Positions 23,988 through 37,125 of a DNA stretch of 64,000 nt are shown here, piece after piece. The notes under the pieces are model-generated. The model had not been told where the DNA came from and ran no database searches. It saw only the letters and a list, made by a program, of their open reading frames with translations. Made by a program: the position numbers and the translations under genes. The stretch spans positions 135,842,001 through 135,906,000 of the forward strand of contig NC_086100.1 of assembly GCF_963921235.1 (NCBI RefSeq), written 5' to 3'. Within the stretch, counting starts at the first letter, position 1, and each line of letters starts with the position of its first letter. Source of the DNA: Mobula hypostoma (Eukaryota).

Positions 23988-26020
23988 CAGTGGCATGCAA
24001 AAGTTTGGGCACCCCTGGTCAAAATTTCTGTTACTGTGAATAGCTAAGCGAGTAAAAGATGACCTGATTTCCAAAAGGCGTAAAGTTAAAATTGACACAT
24101 TTCTTTAATACTTTAAGCAAGATTACTTTTTCATTTCCATCTTTTACAGTTTCAAAATAACAAAAAAGGAAAAAGGGCCCAAAGCAAAATTTTGGGCACC
24201 CTGCATGGTCAGTACTTAGTAACACCCCCTTTGGCAAGTATCACAGCTTGTAAACACTTACTGTAGCCAGCTAAGAGTCTTTCAATTCTTGTTTGGGGGA
24301 TTTTCGCCCATTCTTCCTTGCAAAAGGCTTCTAGTTCTGTGAGATTCTTGGGCCGTCTTGCATGCACTGCTCTTTTGAGGTCTATCCACAGATTTTCAAT
24401 GATGTTTAGGTCAGGGACTGTGAGGGCCAAGGCAAAACCTTCAGCTTGCACCTCTTGAGGTAGTCCATTGTGGATCTTGAGGTGTGTTTAGGATCATTAT
24501 CCTGTTGTAGAAGCCATCCTCTTTTCATCTTCAGCTTTTTTACAGATGGTGTGAAGTTTCCTCCAGAATTTGCTAGTATTTAATTGAATTCATTCTTCCC
24601 TCTACCAGTGAAATGTTCACCATGCCACTGGCTGCAACACAAGCCCAAAGTATGATCGATCCTTAACAGTTGGAGAGGTGTTCTTTTCATGAAATTCTGC
24701 ACCCTTTTTTCTCCAAACATACCTTTGCTCATTGGGACCAAAAAAATTCTATTTTAACTTCATCAGTCCACAGGACTTGTTTCCAAAATGCATCAGGCTT
24801 GTTTAGATGTTCCTCTGCAAACTTCTGACGCTGAATTTTGTGGTGAGGACACAGGAAAGGTTTTCTTCTGATGACTCTTCCATGAAGGTCAAACTTCTGC
24901 AGGCGTCGCTGCACAGTAGGGCAGTGCACCACCACTCAAGTCTGCTAAATCTTCCTGAAGGTCTTTGGCAGTCAAACAGGGGTATTGATTTGCCTTTCTA
25001 GCAATCCTATGAGCAGTTCTCTCGGAAAGTTTTCTTGGTCTTCCAGACCTCAACTTGATCTCCACTGCTCCTGTTAACTGCCATTTCTTAATTACATTAT
25101 GAACTGAGGAAAAGGCTACCTGAAAACACTTTGCTATCTTCTTATAGCCTTCTGCTTTGTGGGCATCATTTGTTTTAATTTTCAGAGTACTAGGCAGCTG
25201 CTTAGAGGAGCCCATGGCTGCTGATTGTTGGGACAAGATTTGAGGAGTCAGAGTATTTATAAAGCTTTGAAATTTGCATCACCTGGCTTTTCCTAACAAT
25301 GACTGTGAACAAGTCATAGCTCTAACAAGCTAATTAAGGTCTGAGACCTTGGTAAAAGTTATCTGAGAGCTCAAATCTCTTGGGGTGTCCAAACTTTTGC
25401 ATGGTGCTCCTTTCTTTTTTTTTCACTCAATAATTGTACAGAACAAAAATAATACACTAATCTTGCTTAAAACGTTGAAAAGCATGTTTCATCTTTAACT
25501 TTATGACTTTTGGAGATCAGTTCATCTTCTACTCACTTGTTGTTCGTCCATCATTGACGTCGATGAGAACCTCGACACCAGATGGTGTTGAGACTAGCGC
25601 ATGATTTGGATTTAAGTGAGGGAGAGTTGCACAGTATCAGCCTCACTCTCTCTTCCCAATTCCCATTCCCATCTGGATCCAGTGGCAAGACAGAGTTGAG
25701 ACAGCTGAAGATGGGACTAGGTGCAGTCTTCTGTGTCCTGTTCTGCTCTACATGTTCCACGACACTTGCAGAGACCACCTTCTTGACCGTTGGACCTTCC
25801 ATTGGTCTCAACTGCTCAATCTGCCGGACTCTGTCTTCACATGCTGGGATAGACAACTCCCTATCTCACCGAGGGTTTGAGACCCGTCGGCTACCCTCAC
25901 CTGGTTTAGCTGGCTCGTCAAAGCCATTGCCCGGGGTGTGGCCACTGTCACATGCAAACAGCTATTCACTTAACTATTCGCGGTAACAGAAATTTTGACC
26001 AGGGGTTCCCAGACATTTGC
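23988..26020 (-). mobile_element. Tc1-like IR/DR transposon, near full length, with an insertion in one TIR
   Basis: TA|CAGTGGCATGCAAAAGTTTGGGCACCCC left end and a matching inverted repeat at 25384-26020. Minus-strand transposase MGSSKQLP..., [38 protein letters not shown], with frameshifts. Confidence 0.93.
25539..25961 (-). mobile_element. Short non-autonomous retroelement, probably RTE-derived, inserted in the Tc1 TIR
   Basis: 10-bp TSD ctactcactt (25529-38) / ctattcactt (25962-71), which splits the Tc1 TIR exactly. The minus-strand 3' end ...ggacgaacaac resembles RTE tails. Confidence 0.75.
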
Positions 26021-26619
26021 TCAAATTTCAGATCAGTGTTCCATTCTTTACATGTATGTTAAAGGAAACATATTTGCTTACTCCACCTAAATTGACTGTA
26101 CTTTTGTACACCTCTATCAAATCTCATCTTAATGTTATTTGCTCTATTGATAACATTAGCCTCTACATTGTAACTTTACAACTGAAACAATTCATCTTTA
26201 AACCGTTAGACCAATCCAGGAAATCTCAAACTAAATTTCTGGCCTTAAGTTTCTAGACCTTTCCTCCCAGCATAATATTTGCAGAGAATTTCATCCCTTT
26301 TGCAACTGGAATAAACACTTCCCAACAAACAGCACTAGTTAATCTGCCTCTGAGGATGTTGATCCTGTCCCTGGAAACATCAGACTTGTACAGGTCCTAT
26401 CTTTCCCAAAACTGGCTGAAGAATCAAAAATCCTTCCCCTGCACATCTCTAGCCACACATTCATCTGTGCCAAGTTCTTATTTTTGAACTCAAAGGTAAA
26501 TGTTACTGTGAACAGTCTGGACTTTACTTATAAGTGCAGAATCAAGACCATAAGACATGAGTGCAAAGTTAGGCCATCTGGCCCATCGAGTCTTCTCCAA
26601 CATTCAACAATGTCTGACT

Positions 26620-27680
26620 TTGTGGATTCAGAATTGGTTTGCCCACAGGAGGCAGTGGTGGTAGACGGGTCATATTCTGCATGGAGGTTGGTGACCATTG
26701 CTGTGCCTCAGGGATCTGATCTGGGACCCCTTCTGTTTGTGATTTTTATAAATGACCTGGATGAGGAAGTGGAGGGATGGGTTAGTAAATTTGCTGATGA
26801 CAGAGAGGTTGGGGGTGTTGTGGATAGTGTGCAGGGCTGTCAGAGGTTGCAACCAGACATTGATAGGATGCAAAACTGGACTGAGAAGTGGCAGATGGAG
26901 TTCAACCCAGATACGTGTGAGGTGGTTCATTTTGGTAGGTCAAATATGATGGCAGAATATAGTACTAATGGTAAGACTCTTGGCAGTATGGAGGATCAGA
27001 GGGATCTTGGGGTCCGAGTCCATAGGACACTCAAATTTGCTACGCAGGTTGACTCTGTGGTTAAGAAGGCATACGGTGCATTGGCCTTCATCAATTGTGG
27101 GATTGAGTTTAAGAGCTGAGGGGTAATGTTGCAGCTATATAGGACACTGGTCAGATCCCACTTGGAGTACTGTGCTCAGTTCTGGTCGCCTCACTACAGG
27201 AAGGATGTGAAAATCATAGAAAGGGTGCAGAGGAGATTTACAAGGATGTTGCCTGGATTGGGGAGCATGCCTTCTGAGAATAGGTTGAGTGAACTCGGCC
27301 TTTTCTCCTTGGAGCGACGGAGAATGAGCAGGTGACCTGATAGAGGTGTATAAGATGATGAGAGGCATTGATTATGTGGATAGTCAACCTTTTTCCCAGG
27401 GTTGAAATGGCTAGCATGAAAGGGCACAGTTTTAAGGTGCTTGGGAGTAGGTACAGAGGAGATGTCAGGGGTAAGTTTTTTTACACAGAAGAATGGTGAG
27501 TGCCTGGAATGGGGCTGGCGATGGTGGTGGAAGTGGATACTATAGGGTCTTTTAAGAGACACCTAGATAGGTACATGAAGCTTAGAAAAATAAGAGGGCT
27601 ATGGGTAACCCTAGGTAATTTCTAAAGTAGGGACATGTTCGGCACAGCATTGTGGGCCAAAGGGCCTGTATTGCTTCTAT
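26620..27680 (+). mobile_element. Young CR1 LINE 3' part
   Basis: VPQGSDLGPLLFVIFINDLD...SKFADD...VRSHLEYCAQFW. Closely similar to the copy at 13359-14728. Confidence 0.95.
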
Positions 27681-27684
27681 GAAT

Positions 27685-28513
27685 TGTTATGTAACCGGCA
27701 ACAATGAATATCAATTGAGACAGGTTATATAAAAAACAACCAAACATTTATTAAACACGGATAAACAATAGAAAACAAATGAAAACCTTAACCGGAAGTT
27801 AACCGCTATGCAGCCGTTCAACAAACCATCACTCATTACTGGTTCTTAAAGCATTAAATGCGAAAACAGTTTTTAAAAAATGCGAAAACAGTTTTTAAAG
27901 CGGTAAAGTCAGATACAGTTCTTAAAATGGTAAATTCGAAAGTCCAACAGATTTATACGTTCAATTGGGAGAGACTTCTCTGGAGAAGGATTACGTAACA
28001 CAGGAAATAAACGGCCTAAAACAACTGACCTTAGTTTCTAGAGAGCAAACCTTGCATGAACTTCCTTTCTCTTTTGGCAAGAGCTACTTCTTCAACGAAG
28101 ACTCAATAAGGTCGATCCTTTGTTAAACTGCCGAACGATACCAACTTCTCTTAATCCTTCAGGTCCTGTACTTCGATAAAGTCTTCACTCTCCAATACTG
28201 CTGGAAAAAGGAACATCAACACATCTAGCAAAAATTGCCAGTCCAGCACTATTGTACCTTGCAACAGAACGTAACACTCCGTTTTAAAAATGAAACTGCG
28301 TCATAAAAACAAATATGCAACAGAAACGGAGACACAGATGCACGTTCTAGCTGGAAAACTAAAAACTTAACTGCGTCATCTGAGGTCTTCCTTTATATAC
28401 CCGTGGTGAACATGTCCTCACATCGGCGGGAAAACTACATCAGGTGACCTCCAAAAGAACCATTACATCATGCTCACAAAAAAAAGTCACAGATCTCCCT
28501 GAGGTATGTAACA
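27685..28513. mobile_element. Solo LTR, family A (829 bp)
   Basis: TGTTA...TAACA termini and a 4-bp TSD gaat (27681-84 / 28514-17). Homologous copy at 51120-52123. Confidence 0.85.
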
Positions 28514-28739
28514 GAATCAAATTTGGCTAAAGCATTGAAAGCAGAAAGTAATAGTGATTGTTTTTTTTTCTGATTAGAAGTATACAGCGGTGTTTCTTGG
28601 AGTTCATGTTGAAATCTCTTCCCTTGATTTGGGGTATACACATTATAATTTTTATGTTTATAGATGATATAAAACTGAAGAGAACAGTGATATCCAAAGT
28701 AAAACAGGCAGTGTGTTGAGATGGACAAAAAAATAGGTC

Positions 28740-30040
28740 AAATTTAATATTGGTAATTGGCTTATTAGTGTCTCATACTGAGAGACAGTAAAAAAGCTTT
28801 TGTTTGCATTTCATCAAGATAAATCTATTTTCTCCATAGATAGTAGAAAAGTGTAAAAAAAACAGTATGCAGAATATAGTGTTACAGGTACAGAGAGAGT
28901 GCAGTGCAGATAGGTAAATACAAAAGATCATGATGAGGCAGATGGAAAGATCAGATCCTTGAGCCTGACAGTTCATGTTCTCAAGCTTTTGTGTTTTCTG
29001 TCTAATGCAATGATCGAGAAGAGAAAATGACTAGGACGTCTATGGACTAGGCTATGTTCACAACACTGCAATTTCTTGCAATCTTGGACAGACTAGATGC
29101 CATATCGAGGAATTATGCAGCTAGAAAGCATGCTTTGTATTTATAGAAAATGCTGGAGGAACTCAGCAGGCCAGGCAGCATCTAGGAAAAGAGTACAGTT
29201 GATGGCTTGAGTCAAAACTGTTCAGCAGGACTGTGTGTATTGCTCAGATTTCCAGCATCTGCAGATTTTCTCTTGTTTGTGTTTGTATTTAAAATATGGT
29301 GTAAGTTTAAAAAATGGTGATGGTTATCAAGGATATACCAATCTCCTTAGCATTCTGAGAAAGTAGACAGGACAAATTGTTAGTGATAATTATACTTAGG
29401 AACCTGAAACTCTCAATTTTGGCACCATTAATACAGACAGGGGTATGTACTCTGCCTTGCTTCTGGAGGTCAATGACCAGGTCTTTTGTTTCACTGACAT
29501 TGAGAGAAAAATTAAATTCTTGACTCAATGCCACTGGACCCTCTGTCCCCTTCTTGTACTCCATCTCATTCTTGTCTGTGATCCCACCCACCAAGTTGAT
29601 GTCAACTGCAAACTTGTAAATGGAGTTAGGCTAAATACCACCTGTAAATTCTCTGATGAAACAATTGATGTCGACATGATTTCAGATGGTCATGAGGAGG
29701 TGTACACCACTGAGACAGATTGGTTGAGCGGTGTGACAGCAACAATATCATACTCAAAGTCAGTAAGACTAAGGAATTGATTATGCACTTCAAGAAGGAG
29801 AAGTTGAGAGAACACATACCAATTCTTATCAAAGCAGTGGAAAGGGTGAGCAGTTTCAAGTTGCTGGGTGTCAACATCCCTGAAGATCCATCCCGGGCCC
29901 AACACACTGATATAATTATGATGAAGCACATCAGCAACTATATTTCATTAGGAGCTTGAGGAGATACACTATATCATCAAAGACTGTAGCAAATTTCTAC
30001 AGATGAACCACGAAGAGCATTCTAACTAGTTTTATTAAAT
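28740..30040. mobile_element. Rex1/Babar-type LINE fragments on both strands, with an embedded Penelope-type fold-back (~29145-29285)
   Basis: SLNVSETKDLVID...FRFL on the minus strand and LKVSKTKELIMHFKK...VERVSSFKLLGVNI on the plus strand. Confidence 0.7.
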
Positions 30041-30054
30041 GATGAACCAAGTAA

Positions 30055-30968
30055 ACATAGAACATAGAAAACCTACAGGACAATACAGGCCCTTTGGCCC
30101 ACGAAACTGCCGAACATGTCCTTACCCTACAAATTACCTAGGGCTACCCATAGCCCTCTATTTTTCTAAGCTGCATGTACCTATCCAGGAGTCTCTTAAA
30201 AGACCCTATCGTACCCGCCTCCACCACCATCACCGGCAGCCCATTCCATGCACTTGCCATTTTATGCATAAAAAAACTTACCCCTGACATCTCCTCTGTA
30301 CCTACTTCCAAGCACCTTAAAACAGTGTCCTCTCGTGCTGGCCATTTCAGCCCTGGGAAAAAGCCTCTGACTATCCACACAATCAATGCCTCTCATCATC
30401 TTGTCTCTCTCTGGCTATCCATCCCATAGGATGATGATGGTTCCTTTTAGTCAGTTGGTGGGGTGGTACCCCACTCCTCAGAAAGAAAGTGTGTGTGTGA
30501 GTGGATTTTAGGTGAGTAGGGGGTTTCACAGGTCCACACCCAACCTCTCGACATCCCCTCCCGGATCTCATGGCATGGTGGGGTCCAAGACGGCTGGGGA
30601 AGTTCTGTTGCAGTGAATGGCCAGACCCAGCTTTGATGCAAGGGATGCCCTTTCCGCGCTTCACGGCACGTGTTTGCTAGATGGCCATTGACCCTACAAG
30701 AGGGTTCATCCACCCTTTGACAGGTCTTGTTTTTCGTTCGCAGGGTGTCTAGCCACCCTCCTCACCAGGCAAGCCTGGCAGGGGAGCCGGTTTAGTCACC
30801 GACCACGCCACCATGCGACAGGTAGTACTGGGTTACATGGTACCAGTAGCACTCAAGACGAGTGACCTGACCAGCATCTTGTACACCTCTATCAAGTCAC
30901 CTCTCATCCTGTCGCTCCAAGGAGAAAAGGCCAAGTTCACTCAACCTATTCTCAAAAGGCATACCCCC
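30055..30968 (-). mobile_element. Young CR1 3' fragment interrupted by a short insert
   Basis: acatagaacatagaaaacctacag tail and the same body as 13359 onwards. Split at catcttgt. Confidence 0.88.
30405..30874 (-). mobile_element. Short non-autonomous retroelement, probably RTE-derived (470 bp)
   Basis: Perfect 8-bp TSD catcttgt (30397-404 / 30875-82) within the CR1, and a (GA)n tail on the minus strand. Shares motifs with 25539-25961. Confidence 0.72.
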
Positions 30969-31269
30969 CAAGTACTAAAACAAATAAGCTGTAAAAAAAA
31001 ATCCTTTATAGAACTCCAATTGGAATCTGGCTAAAGTATTACTTTTGTTTTGAACATTGTGATTTAAGAAGAATACCAAAACCTTCATGAAGGTTGTAAA
31101 GAGATTTGCTAGATGCAAAAAAAAGTCATTTGTGAAGGAACATTCAAGGGGCTATTGTTGTTAACTGGAAACCTGTATATGGTGGATAGAGAGAAATTTG
31201 CCAGAAGAAATGTATTTAGGGTGACTGGGAAAAAACCCAGCCCTGACTAAATGAAATATGAATTCATGG

Positions 31270-31970
31270 TAACACACACAAAATGCTGGAGGAACTCAGC
31301 AGGTCAGGCAGCATCTATGGAAATGAATAAACAGCTGACATTTTGGGATGAGTCCGTTCTTCGGGATTGGAAAGAAAGGGGAAAATCGCCAGAATAAAAA
31401 GCTGGGGGGAGGGGAAGGATGATTAGCTAGAAGATGATAAATGAAATAGGAAAGTTAAAGGTCCAGAGAAGAAGGAATCTGATATGAGGAGAGAACAATG
31501 GGAGAAAGGGAAGAAGGAGGGGCACTAAGGGGGAGGTAATAAGCAGGTGAGGAGAAGAGGTAAGGGAGCAGAGAATAGAAGAGGGAGGGAAAAATTACAA
31601 GAAGGAGAAAGCAATGTTCATGCCATCAGGTTGGAGACCATGCAGACGGAATATGAGGTGTTGCTGCTGCACCCTGAGAGTGGTCTCATCATGGTAAAGG
31701 AGGAGACCATGAACCAACATGTTGGAATGGGAATGGCAATAGGAATTAAAATTGAAATTTACATTTTTGGCAGATGGAGCAGAGGTGCACAACAAAGTGG
31801 TCCCCCAATTTACATCAGGTTTCACCAATGCAGGGAAGGGAGCACTGGATACAATAGACAACCCCAACAGATTTGCAGGTGAAGTGTTCGCTCACCTGGA
31901 AGGACTGTTTGGGGCACTGAATAGAGGTAAGGGAGGAGGTAAATGGGCAGGTGTAGCATTTCCCTGTAGG
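31270..31970 (-). mobile_element. Penelope-like element 3' part (GIY-YIG endonuclease and terminal repeat)
   Basis: HSHSNMLVHGLLLYHDETTLRVQQQHLIFRLHGLQPDGMNIAFS, a purine/pyrimidine-skewed tract and the terminal repeat shared with 5253-5433. Confidence 0.8.
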
Positions 31971-33437
31971 AGGATTCCCATCTGAACTCACGATAGGTTG
32001 CTACAATCAAGAATTCATTGCCTGAAAAAATGGTGTAATTAAATTCAGTAATTACATTCAAAAGGAGTAAAAAAAAGATCATTTGAAGGAAGAAGATTAT
32101 AACTCTGTGGGGAAAGGATAATGGAATTAATTGCATAACATATTTGTGGCCTTCTTCCATGGCACATGCTTACTTACAAAATACTAAAAAATATTTGTAG
32201 CACATCAACTAACCAATTTGTGCTTATGCTCCTCCTTTCTACACTTACACCAATATACAAATCGGTGGATGCTTATCGAACTTTTCCTTAAAAGTAAGCA
32301 TGTCATTTGCCTCCCTTTTTTGCCAGTGAGCTTCACATGTTAACTACTTACCTGGAATAGACGTTTCTCCTGAACTTGCATTTGATTTATTCAGAATCAG
32401 AATCAGGTTTAATATCACTGACATTTGTCACAAAATTTGTTTGTTTTGCAGCAGTAGTAAATTGCAATACATAATAATAAAAACCCATTACAGTAAGTAT
32501 ATGTTAAAAAATTGAATTGACTTTATTTCTTACATCCTTCACATACATGGAGTAAAAATCTTTACATCTCCATCTAAATGTGCAAAGTGCAATCATAGTA
32601 ATTTATAATAAATAGAACAGTCAATGTAATATAGAGTACACTCAAATCAGTGTGAGTTCATCAATCTGACGGCCTGGTGGAAGCAGCCGTCCCGGAACCT
32701 GTTGGTCCTGGATTTTATGCAGCGGTACCACTTCCCGGATGGTAGCAGCTGGAATAGATTGTGGTTGGGATGGCTTGGGTCCCCAATGATCTTACGGGCC
32801 GTTTTTACACACCTGTTCTGGTAAATGTCCTGAATCATGGGAAGTTCACAACTACAGATGCGCTGGGCTGTCTGCACCACTCTCTGCAGAATCCTGCGAT
32901 TAAGGGAGGTACAGTTCCCATACCAGGCAGTGATGCAGCCAGTCAGGATGCTCTCAGTTGTGCCCCTGTAGGAAGTTCTTGGGATTTGGGGGGCCATACC
33001 AAACTTACTCAAATGTCTGAGGTGAAAGAGGCACTGTTGTGCCTTCACCACACAGCTGGTGTGTACAGACCGTATGAGGTCCTTGGTGATGTGGATGCCG
33101 AGGAACTTGAAGCTGTTTACCCTCTCAACCCCAGATCCATTTATGTCAATAGGGGTTAGCCCGTCTCCATTCCTCCTGTAATCCACAACCAGCTCCTTTG
33201 TTTTTGCAACATTGAGGGAGAGGTTTTTTTGACACCTCAAAAAGGGAGAAAAAAATGAGGTAGTGTTCATGGATTCATTGTCCGTTCAGAAGACTGATGC
33301 AGAGGGGAAGAAGCTGTTCCTGAAACATTGAGTGTGTGCCTTCAAGCTCCTGTACCTCTTCTTTGATAATAGCAATGAGAAGAGGGCATGTCCTGGTTGA
33401 TGGGGGTGCTAAATGATGAATGCTGCCATTTTGAGGC

Positions 33438-33904
33438 TATAGAATCCATCCATCAGTTTTCTATCTGCATTGTATTCTGTGTTGCATATTTATTATGATT
33501 TTAATGGTAGTTCGTCATGTGGGTGGGGGCATGGTAAAAGCATAAGGTTTAGCTATGTATTCTTGTTTTGTTCTCAGTAGTTTAGTTTTGTACTAACTGG
33601 GGACCGACAGCTGTCATATCTTTTGTTGACCGCTTAACTATGCTTAACTTCATTTCATTTGGAATCGCTTAACTCAACTTCAATTAAGTCTGCTTAAGTA
33701 TGTTTAATATTGCTAGTCTTAGTTTCAGAAATTGCATTGCTTCAAAATTGTAAATTTTACTAGTTGCTAATAAAGGATCAAATACATTTCTTTGACTTAT
33801 TGGAAGATTATTAATGGATTGATCACAGGGCACATTATACAAGGATAATAACCCGTAGGCATCAACAGCAGCGGCCTTGGTTTGTTAAAGAGTTTGCCGC
33901 TACA
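33438..33904 (+). mobile_element. Solo LTR candidate (467 bp)
   Basis: Interrupts the Rex sequence ttttgaggc|atcacc. Termini TATAG...CTACA, a 5-bp TSD with one mismatch (gaggc/ggggc) and internal AATAAA at ~33769. Confidence 0.65.
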
Positions 33905-35668
33905 GGGGCATCACCTTTTGAAGAGGCTAGTGCCCATAATGGAGCTGGGTGAGTTTACAAATTTCGGCAGCTGTTTCCAATCCTGTGCAAAGGCCCCTCC
34001 ATACCAGACAATGATACAGCCAGTTAGAATGCTCTCCACAGTGTATCTGTAGAAATTCGCGAATGTATTTTAATTTTCCTCAAACTGCTAATGAAATATA
34101 GCCGATGGGTACAGAGGCCCAGGTTTTGGAGCTTGTTGATTAGAACTAAGGCTATGATTGTGTTGGACGCTGAGTTGTAATCAATAAGCAGTAGCCTGAC
34201 ATAGGTATTATTGTGCAGGTGATACAAGGCCAAGTGGAGAACCAGTGAGGTTGCTTCAGTTGTAGACCTATTGTGCTGATAGGCAAATTGCAGCAGTTCC
34301 AAATACTTCCTTCAGCAGGAGTTGATTCTAGCCATGACAAACTTATCAAAGCACAGTAGATGTGAGTACCAGTAGACGATAGTCATTGAGGCAACTCACC
34401 TTGCTCTTCTTGCACTGGTACGATTGTTACCCTTTTGAAGCAAGTGGGAACCTCTGACTTTAGAAGTGAGAAATTCAAGATGTCCTTGAACACTGCTACC
34501 CTTTGGTTGGCACAGGTTTTCAGAGCCCCATCAGGTACACCATCAGGGCCTTGCAAGGGTTCACTCCCTTTAAGGATGTTCTAACCTCGATCTCTGAGAC
34601 AAAGATCACAAGAGACACCAGATGCAGCATGGATTCACACAGGTGATAGTTTTATTCTCCTTTTCAGAGATAGATAGATACTTTATTGATCCCAAAGGAA
34701 ATTACAGTGTTACAGTAGCAGTTAAGTACACCGATATAATTTTTAGAAGAGAAGTAGAAAGAATAAAAAATAAGTTACCACAAACAGTCTAACAGGAGGG
34801 GGTCATCATTTCCCTGACTACAGGTTGACTCATTATAGAGCCTAATGGCTGAGGGTAGCAATGACCTCATATAGCGTTTTTTGGAGCAGCAAAGTTGTCA
34901 GTCTATTACTAAAAGTGCTCCTCTGTTCAGCAAAGGTGGCATGCAGAGGGTGGGAAACATTGTCCAGTGTGCATAAAAGACGTTGAGCTCATCTGGGAGT
35001 GAAGCATCACTGCCATTCATGATGTTAGGTTTTGCTTTATCAGAAGTAATGGCCTACAACCCCTGCCAGAGCCAATGTGCATCTGTTTCCATCTCTAACC
35101 TCAATTGGAATTATTATTTTGCTCTTAAAATAGCCTTCCATAGGTCATACTTGGGCATCTTGTATAGTTCTGAATCACCAGTCTTGAATACCACAGATCT
35201 ACCCCTCAGCAAACTACAAACCTCCTGGTTTGTCGACAGTTTTTGGTTTGGGTATGTTCTCAAAAGCACACAGGTCTTGATAAAGTCGGTGACAACTGCG
35301 GAGTATTCATTCAGATTCAAAGATGAATCCATGAATATTGTCCAGTTCACTGACTCAGAGCAGTCATGTAACTGCTTCTCCATCTCCTTTGACCACACCT
35401 TCTTGATCCTCACCACGGGTCTTTGGTCTCTGCCTATATGCTGGATGTAGAAGTTCAGCCATATGATCAGATTTTCCAAAGTGTGGGCATGGGATGGCAT
35501 GGCAAATGTTCTTGATGGTGATATAACAGTGGTCAAGTATAGTCCTCTGGTCTACAGGTGATACATTGGTGGTAGTTGTTCAGAGATTTCTTCAAGCTGA
35601 CCTGTTTGAAATCCCCCACAACGATAGGGAAGGCATCAGGATGCGCTGTTTTCTGCCTGCTGATTATA

Positions 35669-36031
35669 CAAGGAGTGATTCATAAGGCCTAAGGTAGAAG
35701 GAGTCAATTTTAGAAAACCTAGCACATTTATTTTTCAACATGGTCCCCTCCTACATTTACACACTTGGTCCAGTGGTCGTGGAGCATATGGATCTTGCAC
35801 CTCCAGAAAAGTGTCCACAGCCGGGGTGATTGATAAGTTTGTGGCCTAGGGTAGAAGGAGATGAGTTATACAGCTCTCGTTACATGCACATGCAGTTCAA
35901 CTCTTTGAGTGATTATGCGGAAAGTTTGAAGATAATGACTCATCAGGGGTGATTGATAAGTTCGTGGCCTAAGGTAGAAGGAGATGAGTTATTAACTTCA
36001 AACTTTCTGCGTAATCACTCAGAGTTGAACT
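35669..36031. mobile_element. Second, truncated copy of the palindromic mariner-type MITE
   Basis: Colinear with 23137-~23500, starts at TA, and lacks most of the right arm. Confidence 0.88.
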
Positions 36032-37125
36032 ACCTGACATTGGCCTGAAATGTAATGTACACTGCTTCCAGGATGATGGCAGTGAACTCTCTTAGCAGAT
36101 GAGAAAGACAACATTTGACTGCTAAATGTTCCAGGTTGGGTGAGCAGGACTGAGACACAACTGCCATGTCTATGCACCATGATAAGTTAATCATAAGGCA
36201 TGCTCCACCTCCTCTACCTTTAAAGGACTCAGCTGTCCTGAGTTTTCAGTGGATGGAAGCCCTCTGGCTACAGTGCTGCATCCAATATAGCAATGGACAG
36301 CCAAGTTTTCATTAAGCAAAGTACACAGCAGTCTCTGATGTTCCTCTAGTACACCAATCTTGCTCTGAGGTCTCAAATTTTATTTTCCAGAAACTGTATA
36401 TTTGGCAGCAAGATATGGACAGTGGTGGTCTAAGGCCTCTGCTCTTCAATCATACCTGGAGCCCAGAACACTGAACCCACTTCCTTTTCCTAAAAGGAGA
36501 ACTGCACTTGCGACCTGAGTCTACAACCTGGGATCCATTGATTTTGAGTATCAGTAGATTTTTAAAACATCTTAAAACAATTTGTCCTAAATGGGTATAT
36601 TTCATGATTCCCATCGGAGCTTAATGCAAAGAGTCTCCACTTATCTGAGCTTTTACCATTATAATTTATGACTATCTTATCTTTCTGGCCCTTAGTTTTA
36701 GTGAAATTGAAATAACTTTTCTACATGGTTTCATCAAACACCTTCATTATTTTTATGTTGTGGGGTCATTCCTTTCTTTCTCTCTTTTTGAAGCACAGAG
36801 CACCATTTCCTGATAAGCATCATCTCAGTTCTGTGTTCATTGTGTCAGCATTTTTTGGTCTTATTAATCTAAATTGCTACCTTCTGTGATTTGTGCATTT
36901 GTACTCACTCCCACAGCCAATTCCTTTATCCCAACAGATACTTTGTTTCTAAGGAATCATATAACCTCTTTATTCTTTCTAACAAACGCTTTGCATCCCT
37001 TCTTTCTATATTGAAGTTCCTTGGAACCGATTCGACCAATTGTAGGGAACATTGATCAATGAACAGAAGGGAACCAAATGGGCACGGGGAGAGGAAAATT
37101 CCTGAGCCCTAAGAATAGAGCAGGG

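Larger units (their letters stand above)
32390..36600 (-). mobile_element. Nested Rex1/Babar-type LINEs with several secondary insertions
   Basis: 207-aa ORF LSLNVAKTKELVVDYRR...ESILTGCITAWYGNCT...DPSHPNHNLFQLLPSGK and QFAYQHNRST...YVRLLLIDYNSA. (GATTCT)n-like tails at 32390 and 32514, and a further tail at ~34668. Outer boundaries are approximate. Confidence 0.8.
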
